Assembly (NCBI GenBank): GCA_946965045.2
Contig: OX337237.1
Location: 2,418,001-2,482,000, forward strand
DNA from: Epithemia pelagica
Taxonomy: Eukaryota > Protista > Bacillariophyta
DNA: 64,000 bases
Reading direction: 5' to 3'
Below the pieces are notes generated by a model. The model made no database searches and was not told where the DNA came from. It was given only the letters and a program-made list of their open reading frames with translations. Made by a program: the position numbers and the translations under genes. Shown piece after piece: positions 32,447 to 44,530 of this stretch. Position 1 is the stretch's first letter, and each line of letters opens with the position of its first letter.

Positions 32447-33121
32447 ATGACATCGTCTGTATCATTCAAGTACCTTGATTTGGGTCACATCGGTGGCCGG
32501 GGAGGAACTCTACGCTTCTTTTTGCTCGCAAATGGAATTCCTTACGAAGAAGATTTGTACAAGTACAGTGATTCCGTATGGGGTGTCGAAAAGAAACGAC
32601 TTGTGGAGTCTGGTGAGAATCCATGTGGGACAGTTCCAGTTGCATATACAAAGGATGGCCATCATTTGAGCCAGCACATTTCCATGGCTCGGTACTTTGC
32701 CCGTATAAACAAGTTGGATTCGGGAGATTCATGGAAGGATTACGTCGAAGATGTCATTGCCGATGAATACCAGGGATTCCGCAATATCTGGGTCGAAAAG
32801 TCTTTCGCAAGCACAGAAGACCAAAAGGCAGAATATATCTCCAAGACTGTGCCCGCGCTATTAACCAAGTTTGAGGCCCTGTACAAAAAATACAAGACAA
32901 CAGGCAAAGATCAAGCATATTTGAGCACCAGTCCATCTGGTTCTCCCTTGTGGGGAGATACGGCCATGTTCAGTATTCTGTACGATCACATCCAGTTGAG
33001 TCACTTTACGGAAGAAACATTGGCCTCCTCGTACCCGCACTTATCCGCCTTGTACAAAACATTCATCGCCATTCCGGCTGTCGCAGAATGGATCGAACGC
33101 AAGAAACCATCCACAAACTAA
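32447..33121 (+). CDS. Glutathione S-transferase (sigma-like), copy 1
   Basis: GGRGGTLRFFLLANGIPYEED, GTVPV, LSQHISMARY and WGDTAMFSIL motifs; 224 aa. Confidence 0.88.
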   Translation: MTSSVSFKYLDLGHIGGRGGTLRFFLLANGIPYEEDLYKYSDSVWGVEKKRLVESGENPCGTVPVAYTKDGHHLSQHISMARYFARINKLDSGDSWKDYVEDVIADEYQGFRNIWVEKSFASTEDQKAEYISKTVPALLTKFEALYKKYKTTGKDQAYLSTSPSGSPLWGDTAMFSILYDHIQLSHFTEETLASSYPHLSALYKTFIAIPAVAEWIERKKPSTN

Positions 33122-34391
33122 GATGGAATGTTGATATAGGATAAATGATTCATCGTAGAGATAAACAACTAACAAAACCATGGGATTAGGATGGAGAGAT
33201 GTTTAGAGGGTGTACGAGTCTAGAGAGCTCTTCCGAACACTCGTGGCTTTGGCATTTGGCATGCACCTGCCGGCCAGCTTTTCTTCGAAACATTCACTTT
33301 TCTTCCATTTTGACTTGGTTACTGACGACAATGGGATCTGTTATGGCATCTCTTCAAAGTAAGTTATCGAATGGTCTTCTGTTGTTATCAGAAGTGAATA
33401 TGAATGTGCGCCGTGATCACAGAATTGTTCTGTGTATGCACCCTTTTGTACATACTCGTCTTTGTTGGTATCAAAATACTCTATAGGATGATAATTCATA
33501 CGACTGTTACCTTCTGCAGAAACAAAAATCCCAAACGGACTTTTGTCTCGAAAGGAAAAAGGATCCATATTTATCGTTGATATACCTCAAATGTCTGTTC
33601 TGTACTTTTAAACACTGCAGATCTATTAAAAGCTCTTCATCTGCCTCACGGGACTCGGAATGGTTGGACGAGCATAAAGTGCCAAACGGTCGCACAGGCG
33701 GCTTTCGGTCTCTCCTCGGCGTCGTTCACAATTCCCCCACTGGAAGTGTGAACCCTGCTTATTGTCCCCATCGTTTCGTTGGGTTATCGATTTCCAATCT
33801 CCACTGTCACTCTTGTCGCGTTTGTATGGTTGATGGATGGTTAAAGGGCACGAATGTCACTGTTCTTGCTGCCTTATGAACAAAAGCGTCGAAAGCTATC
33901 AATTTAGTCATATGTGTGCTTGTCGTCCCAATACTTGAAGCCACCATGTGGTTTTCCGCTGCTAGGAGTGCTGCTGTTGGTGTGTGAAAATGGGAAAGTG
34001 TCCGTAATGCCGCACCACCGCGACACACTCAATTATGATGGAACACTACATGGACAGGTCGTATCACAGGTGCGATCCAGAACCAAGAACCAAAACGACC
34101 AATCCAATCATTCGGTAGACCCTGGTTCCATTCCATGAGTCATTCCATCGCGGGATCTCATGTACGTAGGTGCTCTACATGTCTACCGGGGCGCCCCAGT
34201 CGATCAAGGGGCGATGCGGCATGTATGCAAAAAGAAGCGGTTTAGAGCTTGGTTCCTCCTGTCGTGACCTCGCGCTCTTCTTGTACGAAAGTGACTAGAG
34301 CCGTGTCCTTTTTCAACGTCTCCGTTAATATCCATCGTTTCATCATGCGTATGAGAGCAGCACTCTCTTGTCCCGGCAATCAACGTTGAGC

Positions 34392-37300
34392 TTACAAAAA
34401 ATAGCGAGCGGCTCGTGCTTCAGAATGTGCTGCTGCAACAGCAGTGGCTCCTTTCGGTGCATCATCATCATCATCATCATCTGGAATGTGCAGAGGCAAG
34501 ACAGGAATGCGAAGGACCGTGCTGGCACCTTGCAGCGCAATTTCCGAAACGGGTCCAATGTCTACCTTGTCGGTTGCTCCCGTATTATTCGGATTGTCCT
34601 CGTTCTGGCCCCGGTCCGTGGGAAGGACCATCCGTGGTACCCATGCAGTGGTGAAAGGAATCTCATTGTGACTGTCATTGGTGGTCACGACAGACGGAGC
34701 TTCCCTCTCATACCTTGTCGAAAGGGTGGAAGGAACGAGAATCGATGGTTCTGGTTCGTCCTCAAGACTCTCGTGTCCTCCAGTCAAACTTTCGTCCGGA
34801 CCTGCGGACAAGGAGGACCCATGGGATTCATCCTTGTCCCATTCAGCATATGTATGATTCGTGACCATCTTATCGCCGCCGTAGTAATCAAACTCACTGG
34901 TTGTTTGTAGTCCCACCTCTGGATTGTCATTCTGGTTGTTCTTGTATCTGGCAGCACAACCAGAAGAACAACCACACACGAACCGAGCACAGCAATGGCG
35001 GCATCGTCGAACTTGCCGTAAATACTCCTCCTCATCTTGAATGTCAAAGGCACCCGCTCGCAACAACAAGACAACAAAGGCACAGCACACAATGGCCAAA
35101 TTGGTACCGGCCACCCAAGCCAATCCATTTTGGGCCTGTCCGATAGACACAAACAAGGACACACACACCAACAAAGACCCAAATACACGCACATACTCGT
35201 GAGTGACCACGATAGGAACCATTCCTATCGTTTCCGCGTCATTCTCGGTACTATACAAACACACACGTCACACGTACGTACATTGGTACACACGGCTTGA
35301 TGCATAAAGGTGGTATAAATGGGACTCCAATAACGACACCAAAAGAATCGATTGACATCTTCCATGGTCAAGGTTAACAAACACAACACTTGTTGAATCA
35401 ATTCGGAAAAGGTTTGCAAGACGGTCAAATCTTGACCACACACGGCACTCCACTCCTCGACGGTCAAGGATCCCATGGTATCGGCAAAGTCGGCCACGGC
35501 TTGCAACCCAGTTTGCAATCGGGACGATTGTTGAGTGGGTTGAATCGGCGAGTATTCATCTTGACAACTATTGACATAGAATTTGGCAAAGGTATAGATA
35601 ATGGAATCCAACGGATTGTTGTTGTTGTTCGTTGTTGTTGGAGTATTCGGTTGAAAGACTTGATCCAAGAGATAGGTCACTTTGGCATCGGGAGAAATGA
35701 TACACCAATCGGAAGCGGCGACCGCCGTAATGATAAAGGCGAGGGCAAACACAAAGGCAATCCCGGCCAAAACGTAAAAGAGGGGGACCACCACTTGATG
35801 TCGGAACCATTGTTGCAACCAATGCAAGGAGTGTCCATAGACATGAGATTGGACCAGGCCCGAAACGAGGACCAGGCAGCACAGACTGAGGGCAATCATG
35901 AAGGCAAAGGCAATCCAAAAGAGCCAATCCAACGAAGTATTAGACTCCAAGACAGTATCAATGTCTTGAATCAAATCTTGCAAATCGTTTTGGACATTGT
36001 CCAGTTGGTCATTAATGTACGTTTGCGATTGATAGACCAACTCAAAGACGCGTGGCAAACTGGTGGCAATCACGGGCGGCAAGTCGGTAAAGTTACAATT
36101 GGTAGGTTCCGGTTCTAAAGTTTGACAGAGTTCTTGTCGTACCTTGGGACACAGGCCATTGAGATTGGTCAACATGTCTTGGAGTTGGAGTGTGGTATTG
36201 GTTTGTCGCACTTGATAGGTTTCAATCAGCGTGGTGGCGCCCCGACAGAGGGTTTGAATCTTTTGCAATCCCGAGGCGACCGAATCCAAGGTATCGTGCA
36301 CGTAGACCGTCCCATGGTAACAAAACAAGACGGCCGATACACAAATACAGAGACAGGCAATTCCCAAGACGATGCAAACACGTTTCTTGCGTCGTTCTTG
36401 AGATTGACAAACCCGACGCCACTCGATGGTTGCCTCATGAGGCGTTGGAGTTTGTGGAATCGATTGCAGCAGAATGTTGTTCCTGGACGGATCCATGTGA
36501 TTGGTTTCACAATCGAGCGAACCACCACCACCACCACAAGACGCCAGACTTGTTGGTCGCTGCAATTCTTGTCGTTGGGATTGTTGTTCTTGTTCATAGA
36601 GGATCAAGGCACGATCCTTATAGGATCCTCCAAGTTCTTCTTGTTGTGTTTCGACAAGGTTTCCATCCTCGTGAATGGCAGTGGTGGTGGGTGGTAGTCG
36701 TTGTTCCAGTTGTTGTTGTTGTTGTTGCACGAGATTCTTGGACGTCGGTGGCTGCGATTCCAAGAAATCGTCGTCGTCCTCGCCCATTACGATGCCTTCT
36801 TCTTCTTCTTCTCCAAACATGCCTGGAGGGACTCGATCGTCGTAGTCATGGATTCGAGCTTCCTTGTTGTTGATGTTGTTGTTGATGATAGTGTGGTTTG
36901 GAACATTCTCATCGACGTTCTTTTCGTCCTCGTGGTCGTCGTGATCCTTTTGTGGTGGTGATGAGTTGTTTTTGGAGTAGTCGTAGTCGTAGAAATTCGG
37001 GGTGTCGTCGTCCTTGGGGGTGGGCCACGCAGGGTCCTGTTGTGAAAGGATTGGTACGACAGCCGGCGGTGGATCGATTCGTTCCCGTCCGCCATCCTCC
37101 TCCTCCTCATTCGATGGTGGTGGTGGTAATTGTGGAGGTGCAGTGGGGATGCGACGATCCCACAACCAAGGGTCGTCGTCGTCGTTGTCATTCGGAGGAT
37201 GGTGGTCCAAAGTGGTTGGTTGTGGTGGTGGTGGTTGCACGGGTGGTGTCCTGGGAGAAGAGGAGGAGGACCATCGCCCGGAACGCCACCACCACCGTGG

Positions 37301-37735
37301 TGTTGGATTCGTCGTATGGCTGTTCTTCTTCTTCTGTGTTTGGTTCTGAACCGATTCGAGGGTGGGTCGAACAAAGCGTCCACACAGGAACCCACACTGT
37401 CGATAGCCCAGACACTTGGCCAGAATCAAAAAGAGTGTCCACGTGGCACACACAAGGGCCACCACGACACTGGTTGTTACCAATCCCACGATATAGTCCG
37501 TTTGTTCCTCCGGTGTGCCTTCCAACAGGGTCACGAGATCGTTCGAGGCACCACCCCAGCGAAGCGCCAGTCGATTGGTCCGAACCAGACGGGGAGATGC
37601 CACAAAGGGTGCGGGTGTAAACAAGTCACGAGCCACTGTCACGTTACAAAAGGGAAATTGCACTTGTCGAATCGATTGTTGCAACACGGGATCCTCTTGC
37701 CACGCTACTACAGGCGGAGCTGGTTCCGTCGTCAT
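34392..37735 (-). CDS. Five-TM Tweety(TTYH)-like membrane protein, intact copy; intron 35136-35281; about 1065 aa
   Basis: Five hydrophobic helices; ASDWCIISPD resembles Tweety SDFC motif; GTACGT...GACAG intron joins AVCTN|AQNGLAW in frame. Confidence 0.65.
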
Positions 37736-38686
37736 GATGATGATGATTGTTCGTTCCGGAGACTACCTCTGGGACAAAACACTCTTTCACACACCTTCTA
37801 GAGAGGAACGACAGAGAGACGCAAAAGATTCGAGAGAGAGCCATCTAAAAGAGACAACAACTCTCCACAACCGCCGCACAACATCAAAAGCTGTATAATT
37901 GTGTGAGACAATGGAAAATGGAAGTTGGAACCATGTCACAAGATCCAATGATGCTGGCTGGCGTGACAGAATCTTCCAAGACTACATATAGTATACACTA
38001 TGCAGCATTCACATGGCACGACTGCAAGCAAGATGTTCTTGAGTGCTCCTATTGCACACTGTATGAAACTCTATATAGAATATCATTAAGGATTAGTCTG
38101 TCTGCTGTCCTTGTTTCTGCGGACCTCTAATGGCGAGTCTCACACACTTCGCAAGCTTGGTTATTTATTCGCAGTCTGGGGAGTGCTGGATCATTTAACA
38201 GCCCCAGAACAGGGTTGTGTAGTAATGACATAATGAATTTTCTATGACTAATTGACTATAAATCACGATCTTAGCATCTAGTTACTTTACTAGATACTAT
38301 CAAGTACCCCACACTTCACCTCACTGACGTACTGAATTACTCTTAGTCATTTAACCAACTGATAACTACTTTACTTATTGACTATAGTCCTCCTCCATAT
38401 TAGAGGTTACTTTACTACAGAACTAAAGTCATACATCTCTTAGTAAGTGTATTTACTACCATTGACTAATCACCGTCATGTCATCCTATGACTATACTTT
38501 ATGACTATAGTACCTCGTCTCACTGAGTAATGATTTACTAAATTTCTCTCCATAGTCATGACTATTGATGACTAAGTCACCACTATAGAGTCTTACGACA
38601 TACTACATACCACACAGAGAAAATGGACAGCGACCTCTTCCCCCCTTGCCTTACCATTTCACAGCAGCGACCCACAGCACCAAATC

Positions 38687-40534
38687 ATGAACTTTCTTGA
38701 ATGTAAATCCGAATGCAACATCAAGTACATCCTTCATTGTAATGCATCGTATTACAAAGCAATTCAAGAGTACCTTGTCAGTCCCCACGAAGGCATCTCC
38801 CGCTTAGAACTGCTTACTTGGGTTAAACGGCATACCATTGCATGGCTCATTCGACACCAAGGGCACATTGTATTTGAAGACGACAATACACAAAGCTCTA
38901 CAACACACGCTTGCGTACTGTCTGATTTAAAATTCACACACCGTCTGGAACTGTGCTGTTGCATTGTTGTTCGGTGTATCTACGACCATCCGAGCACAAT
39001 TTCTCCATCAGACTTTCAAGAACACATTCTATCTCCCTCCGTGTCGAATGATTCGAGTCTTCTTTTCCTTGTGGTTCGATGCACTCCAAAGATAACAATT
39101 AACCGGTCTCCCCTTTTCCAGCAATGTTTAGATTACACTCGACAATGCAAAGAGGAGTTCCCGACTGCCAGTGTTCAAGCCATTCTTCTTTCATGGTTGA
39201 ATCGCACCTCGGTTGTTTTTCACTGCAAACAATCGGCACAAAACTTCACCAACGAATACGTTATTCGGCAATGCTGTGAAGAAGACTCGTACGATGAAGA
39301 ATGTATTCCAATCTGCATATCCCCATATCTACAAGAAATGGAAATTCAATACAACCATTCTAACTCTCCACCCAAAGCTTCTGTATCCACAGAATCGCAT
39401 GAATGTCACTGTACTTCCCCAAGTACGCTTTTCCGTAAAAAAGACCCACCAAATGATTCTCCTGGCCCGGCCCCAAACGACTCTCCTAATGCAAATCACG
39501 AATTGGTTACTTCCCGATCCAAAAAAAGGAAAACAAGTTACCCGACAAGAAAAAGGATAACAAACGAATCATCAATCCGAAATCACATTCATTCTCCTGT
39601 ACATTCCTATGCTACACGATCAAGGAACAATCAAATCACCAAGATTATAATGCTGGCCTCAAAATCAAAAACAAAAATAGAATATCCTGCAAGAAATCAC
39701 CAGCCAGGCACTCCTCCAAAACTCAAAGACATCAGTCCGTCGTCATTGGAAGTTCATGTTCCCCCCATTCCAACAACAATCAAAGAAAGACGAATCGAGG
39801 AAATCAACCAGATGATCAAATTTCACCAACAATTGAAATTATCTGGTTTGGTGTCGCAACGGGACAACTGGGAATCCTGGATTGACAATCATGTTAACCA
39901 GCCATTTGCCGACCGACCATTCATGGTACTAATGACAATCTGCATGAGTTCAAGCACTTCTGATTTGCAATTGAGCTCAATCATGCCACGGATTTTTGCT
40001 TGTGGCATGATTTCTGCAACGAGTGTGATTGACATTGCTCAACAATTTGGCATGAACACAATGTGTTCCCTTCTTTCCGAATCTGGTAGGTTCTATGCGA
40101 ACACGGAACGCATTGTTAATGCTGCGGACTACTTCATCCAAAGGCATAATGGAGTAATCCCAAGAGACATAACAATCCACGAACTGACGACGCTACATGG
40201 CATTGGCTACAAGACGGCATGCATTATTTTAGAGGCTGCCTTTGGACGCGTTGATGGAATCCCCGCGGATATTCATGTAATCAAATGGTCTGCTTTTCTC
40301 GGCTGGACCTTCCCGAAACATACTGGACTTACGGTCTCCAAGTATCTTGAGGCCTGGGTCCCTCACAATCAATGGTCACTCGTGAATCCTCTTTTTGGGG
40401 CGCTTGGACAACATTCAAACACAATTGTTGGCCGTGGTATTCTATTGACAAGACTTGGAGAAACCCTTCACTTGGATGCCGACATGTTCCAAAAGGTCAA
40501 GACTATGATTAATACGTATCGTCCGTTAAAATAA
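38687..40534 (+). CDS. HhH-GPD DNA glycosylase/AP lyase, endonuclease III (Nth/NTHL1)-like, with long N-terminal extension (615 aa)
   Basis: ELTTLHGIGYKTA HhH motif (K509), GIPADIHV (D528), LEAWVP..QW..VNPLFGALGQ; no C-terminal 4Fe-4S cysteine cluster. Confidence 0.88.
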   Translation: MNFLECKSECNIKYILHCNASYYKAIQEYLVSPHEGISRLELLTWVKRHTIAWLIRHQGHIVFEDDNTQSSTTHACVLSDLKFTHRLELCCCIVVRCIYDHPSTISPSDFQEHILSPSVSNDSSLLFLVVRCTPKITINRSPLFQQCLDYTRQCKEEFPTASVQAILLSWLNRTSVVFHCKQSAQNFTNEYVIRQCCEEDSYDEECIPICISPYLQEMEIQYNHSNSPPKASVSTESHECHCTSPSTLFRKKDPPNDSPGPAPNDSPNANHELVTSRSKKRKTSYPTRKRITNESSIRNHIHSPVHSYATRSRNNQITKIIMLASKSKTKIEYPARNHQPGTPPKLKDISPSSLEVHVPPIPTTIKERRIEEINQMIKFHQQLKLSGLVSQRDNWESWIDNHVNQPFADRPFMVLMTICMSSSTSDLQLSSIMPRIFACGMISATSVIDIAQQFGMNTMCSLLSESGRFYANTERIVNAADYFIQRHNGVIPRDITIHELTTLHGIGYKTACIILEAAFGRVDGIPADIHVIKWSAFLGWTFPKHTGLTVSKYLEAWVPHNQWSLVNPLFGALGQHSNTIVGRGILLTRLGETLHLDADMFQKVKTMINTYRPLK

Positions 40535-40579
40535 TTAAATAGTTGCTTGCATATCACATGTATTCTTTCTTGACATTTA

Positions 40580-43500
40580 CTACGCTGACGAGTCTCCATC
40601 GTCGTCAGTATTTTTGAATGCGGATTCACCATTGTCTTCTCCTTCCTCAGTTCCATCCCTGCTCTCGTTCTCTCCTTCGCTTCCTTCATTCCTGTCTTGT
40701 ACTTGTCCGTCTTTCTCCCCTGTGTTGGCTGTTTCCAAACTCGCAGCCAAGGATCGACTGGTTTTCTTCCCCGAATGCCCTTGGCTATCCATGGATTTTG
40801 AGGTCTTCGCTTTTTTCTGTCGTGGCGATTGTCTAATTCCCTTTCGGGGAACTATCTTTGATTGCTTCCTTTTCTTCGTACTGGGCTCTGCATTCTTGTT
40901 CTTCACAGACTTTTTCGTCCTTTCACTTTCTTTGGGCCTTCCACTTTCTTTGGGCGGAGTCTCTATAACGACAATTTCTTCTTCATCTCCTTCTTCGACA
41001 GCCACAACAGTATTGCCGTCTTTGTCTCTGTCCAGGTCGTCGTCGTACTCATCCTCTACTTCCTTTCGGTCCATGTCAACCTGTGGATTGTCGATCCCTT
41101 TCTTCATGAGACATTGCAACATCTCGTCACTGTCTTCCTCGGGTTCTGACTGATCATCCGACTCATCTTCCGAGTCTTCTTCATGACGTGCTTTAATGCG
41201 CACATGTACGATACGGTTTGCAACAAATTCTCTCGGTTTCGTGGGACGGGCTGCTTTTTTCTTACCGTCGGACAGTCCTTGGACGGCCTCTGTTGCATCT
41301 TTGTCATTTACTGTGTCCACACCCTTGCTGGGTGGGTTTCCTACCGGAGGATCACCGGCATTGTCATCATCTTCTTCTCCATCTTCTTCTCCTTTGAGAA
41401 TAACTCTACCAGACTCGTCCCGTTCTGTCCCGGCGAGAACCTTTCCTGAGCTGTCCCGTTCAGGAAAGGTTTCCAGAAACGACATTGTCACGGCGGGATC
41501 TTCCATCAAGTGGGTTTCATGGTCAAACGATAGTTCGTAGGATGCCAACCCATTGGCATTCTCTCTAACAGCCGACAGTTGAACTTGTTTTTGCTGAGTA
41601 GCTGCTTCCAAGCCAGGACTATCCTTGGCTTTCGGAGGCTGAACATAAGAGTTACTAACCGACACTCCATTTGCAATGTCAATCTCAGTCTTCTTGATTT
41701 CTTCCAACAAGGACCGGTTGACACATTCCATTGTGCGCATCTCGTTGGTTTTCTTGTGGGCCCTTCTCATTAACTTGTTCTGGTGCATCCATGTACCAAT
41801 TGAGAAGATGCGTTCTTGGAAAGCATTGGTGGCCGGCTTCGCTAGCCATATGATGGCACTTGGGTACAAGTAGGGGAACATCATGGAATGGGCCCTCCAC
41901 CAACCAAGGAGATCGAAGTACTTGCCAATCTCCAGATAGTTCCTATTGACACAATTCTCTTTGAACTCTTCAGTTTCATCATCGTCCCACTTCTTCGAAA
42001 CTTTCTCAAACTCCTCCGTACTATATTGTCGAATTATACTTTCCCAATGATTGTCAATATGATTTTCGCAGTTCTTCCGAAAATCGTCATAGCAGGTAGT
42101 GCATGTCTTCTTAAGGGCTCGCATTTTCTCCTGATCAGAGGCGGCGTCCGAAGCTCTTCCACTCAAGTGCAGGAGCACCTGTTGCTGCAAGTCATGGGAC
42201 TTGCGCATGCTGGCGAAAACATTCTTGGTCTTGCGCTTAGTTGTTTTGTTATTCGTCTGTGAGTCGTCTTCAGCAGTCAAATTGAAAGACCTTGTCGCAG
42301 GTTTGTTGGCAGGTTTGTTTGCTGTGTTGGATTGGGCGGCCATTGCTGCACCGATCGTAGAGACCCGCGTGTTGCTGAACTTGTCCACCATGTCCTGAAT
42401 AATTATTCTTCGACCTTCCTTGACAGTGTCCATGTTGTAAATACCGAAATTGACAAACATGTTTTCGTAGATGTTTGCCAATAGAGGATTGCAACAAACA
42501 GCCTTTAGTCCATCGTGATCACGGTGGACAAGGTAGTGCTTATATTCAGATATAATGCGACGGACCAGTAGTCGGGGTCCTGGCAAAAGGTCATCAAATT
42601 CAACTGTGTCTCGAAAGGTGTCTAGATCATCTATCGAAAGCCGAGCATCCCATTGATCCGGACTGCCTTTTGCTAGTTTGATGCAAGAAACTCCACTATT
42701 TTCTCCATTTGGAGGAAGGCTCATGGTTGTGGCTTGAAAGTATGAACAGAAAATCTCGAGTAAAGCGGCCGAGCTTGCACCAGGAGCATCTGATTGAAGT
42801 GTCATCGCCACTTGTTTCAGTGGCGATAGAATACCCTCGTACTGTGACAATAATTGCCAATCCTCTTCGCTGGGATATAGTTTGGCAAATTTGGGATCAC
42901 TCCCAGCGGCAAGAAGTGCGTATTGATCCATTGCCCACTTCAGCCGAGCAAGGGTTTCCAACGAGAGAACAATACCACCAACCCTTGTATCGTTTGGTAG
43001 GGGAATCTTGATCACTTGACATCCATAGGATTCACAGTTTTCTCGGAAATTTTGAAACCGACGAGGTGCTTTGCTACTCATCAACCATGCTGAAAACTTC
43101 TTGAATATAAACCAGAATTCAATAAAGGAGGGATTAGAATCCATCAGAATCCGGTTTTGGTAGCGTTGCACGAGACCGGTAGCATGCTTCAGCACTAACT
43201 CTGCCTTGTGCATGTCACATTTGCCAGCACGGTCGGTCCCGACGATGTACTTTCCGGCAAGTACAGCAGCCATTGTGTTGTCGTTTACTGAGGCACAGAG
43301 ATCCTTTTTTGTGAGTGTCACACTTAGACGCAGGGTCTCGGTGAGATTTGCCACATCGGTTGCTGCATGGCCCTCGCAATCCGCCAGCCCAATGGGAATG
43401 CGATATATTTTGCAGTTCCTTGGATCGATGAACATTACTGTAACGCCTAAGACATCATGGTCTTTGGCCTGCCAGATGTCATGGCAGACCGTGACAAATG

Positions 43501-44530
43501 GAATGTCTTGTAGGCAAAGACGGTTGTATTCCGCACGCACCCGCGTAATGAGACCAGAGACAACGTCAAAGAAATCTTGATAGGAGTCCAAGCGAATTTT
43601 TGTTATCTGCCGTCTGCTCATAATTTCTGCTGAAGAATCTTTCAGCGCGGGAGCATTTTTAATAGCGAAACGGATAAGGTTGCGGAACTGAGGTTTCTCC
43701 ACTGTGATCGCTGGTAGGCAGCAATCATTGACGAACTGGTAGATCAGCTTCTGTAGTTGCTGAGATGATTGTGATTTCGTAGTGGTCTTTACTCGGAAAG
43801 AAGACAGAGTTGATTGGTTGCTTGGTGCTGTCTCATCCTCAAATACAACGTCCTTGTGATGGTTTTTTCGATGAGTCATGATATTGGACGTCCTCCCAGT
43901 TTTATTGCCACACCGCAATGCAGATTGATCCAAAGACTTTTCGTTGGAATAAAAGCATAACGGGCAAAGAACAATCCACCGGCTGACTTTCTGATACTTC
44001 TCCACAAAGGCGGCATTCTTGCTTTTTGTTGATGTGGCGTTTTCGATCTTGTCATTTGGACCAAGAAGTGTAGTAGAAGCAAAATCCTGTATCAGTTTAA
44101 TGAAGCCGGAATATTGGGGGATATTGCCTTCGTTCTCGAAAATATACTTCTCGAGTTTCATCCAGTCGATGTGTAGGACCCACTTCCAGTATGGAGAGCA
44201 GTTGGACTCAAATATCAGGGGATGGGGACGTTCCAGAAGAGGTACAAGCTGCTTCTCTTGCTGATATTGCTCGTCCCTGGCTTGCTTGGCTGGAGCCCTT
44301 TCCTTCTCAACAATCTCTTTCCGGGCTTCAAGTGCTGATGGCTTCATCTTGATCGTTGTGGGAGTGGTCTTTTTGGAAGAGGAAGAGGAAGGCTTCTTGG
44401 ATGAAGACGATGACTTCTTCTTTGAACCTTTGGTCTTTGATGGAGGAGTCTTCTTGTTGGATGTCTCGTCAGTGGCCTGGGTGGGAAGAGAATCCATCTT
44501 GTCCGAGGGATCTCCCATAGGTGCAGACAT
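40580..44530 (-). CDS. hAT transposase (1316 aa)
   Basis: BED-like CPLC...HRKNHH; VCHDIW, SVNDNT, CDMH, LLGWW...PATNAFQERIFS dimerisation/catalytic motifs; acidic C-terminal tail. Confidence 0.92.
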   Translation of the reverse strand: MSAPMGDPSDKMDSLPTQATDETSNKKTPPSKTKGSKKKSSSSSKKPSSSSSKKTTPTTIKMKPSALEARKEIVEKERAPAKQARDEQYQQEKQLVPLLERPHPLIFESNCSPYWKWVLHIDWMKLEKYIFENEGNIPQYSGFIKLIQDFASTTLLGPNDKIENATSTKSKNAAFVEKYQKVSRWIVLCPLCFYSNEKSLDQSALRCGNKTGRTSNIMTHRKNHHKDVVFEDETAPSNQSTLSSFRVKTTTKSQSSQQLQKLIYQFVNDCCLPAITVEKPQFRNLIRFAIKNAPALKDSSAEIMSRRQITKIRLDSYQDFFDVVSGLITRVRAEYNRLCLQDIPFVTVCHDIWQAKDHDVLGVTVMFIDPRNCKIYRIPIGLADCEGHAATDVANLTETLRLSVTLTKKDLCASVNDNTMAAVLAGKYIVGTDRAGKCDMHKAELVLKHATGLVQRYQNRILMDSNPSFIEFWFIFKKFSAWLMSSKAPRRFQNFRENCESYGCQVIKIPLPNDTRVGGIVLSLETLARLKWAMDQYALLAAGSDPKFAKLYPSEEDWQLLSQYEGILSPLKQVAMTLQSDAPGASSAALLEIFCSYFQATTMSLPPNGENSGVSCIKLAKGSPDQWDARLSIDDLDTFRDTVEFDDLLPGPRLLVRRIISEYKHYLVHRDHDGLKAVCCNPLLANIYENMFVNFGIYNMDTVKEGRRIIIQDMVDKFSNTRVSTIGAAMAAQSNTANKPANKPATRSFNLTAEDDSQTNNKTTKRKTKNVFASMRKSHDLQQQVLLHLSGRASDAASDQEKMRALKKTCTTCYDDFRKNCENHIDNHWESIIRQYSTEEFEKVSKKWDDDETEEFKENCVNRNYLEIGKYFDLLGWWRAHSMMFPYLYPSAIIWLAKPATNAFQERIFSIGTWMHQNKLMRRAHKKTNEMRTMECVNRSLLEEIKKTEIDIANGVSVSNSYVQPPKAKDSPGLEAATQQKQVQLSAVRENANGLASYELSFDHETHLMEDPAVTMSFLETFPERDSSGKVLAGTERDESGRVILKGEEDGEEDDDNAGDPPVGNPPSKGVDTVNDKDATEAVQGLSDGKKKAARPTKPREFVANRIVHVRIKARHEEDSEDESDDQSEPEEDSDEMLQCLMKKGIDNPQVDMDRKEVEDEYDDDLDRDKDGNTVVAVEEGDEEEIVVIETPPKESGRPKESERTKKSVKNKNAEPSTKKRKQSKIVPRKGIRQSPRQKKAKTSKSMDSQGHSGKKTSRSLAASLETANTGEKDGQVQDRNEGSEGENESRDGTEEGEDNGESAFKNTDDDGDSSA

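Larger units (their letters stand above)
32437..38209 (+). repeat. Left arm of the large inverted segmental duplication (continues at 45035-45096 and 50813-50852 after removing hAT and gypsy)
   Basis: Reverse complement of 51415-63041 (minus copia D). Confidence 0.95.

Noticed and set aside
37903-38130. Cys-containing 75-aa ORF as first exon of the central gene
   Set aside because: The right-arm copy has TAG at the equivalent TAT codon and no convincing splice was found
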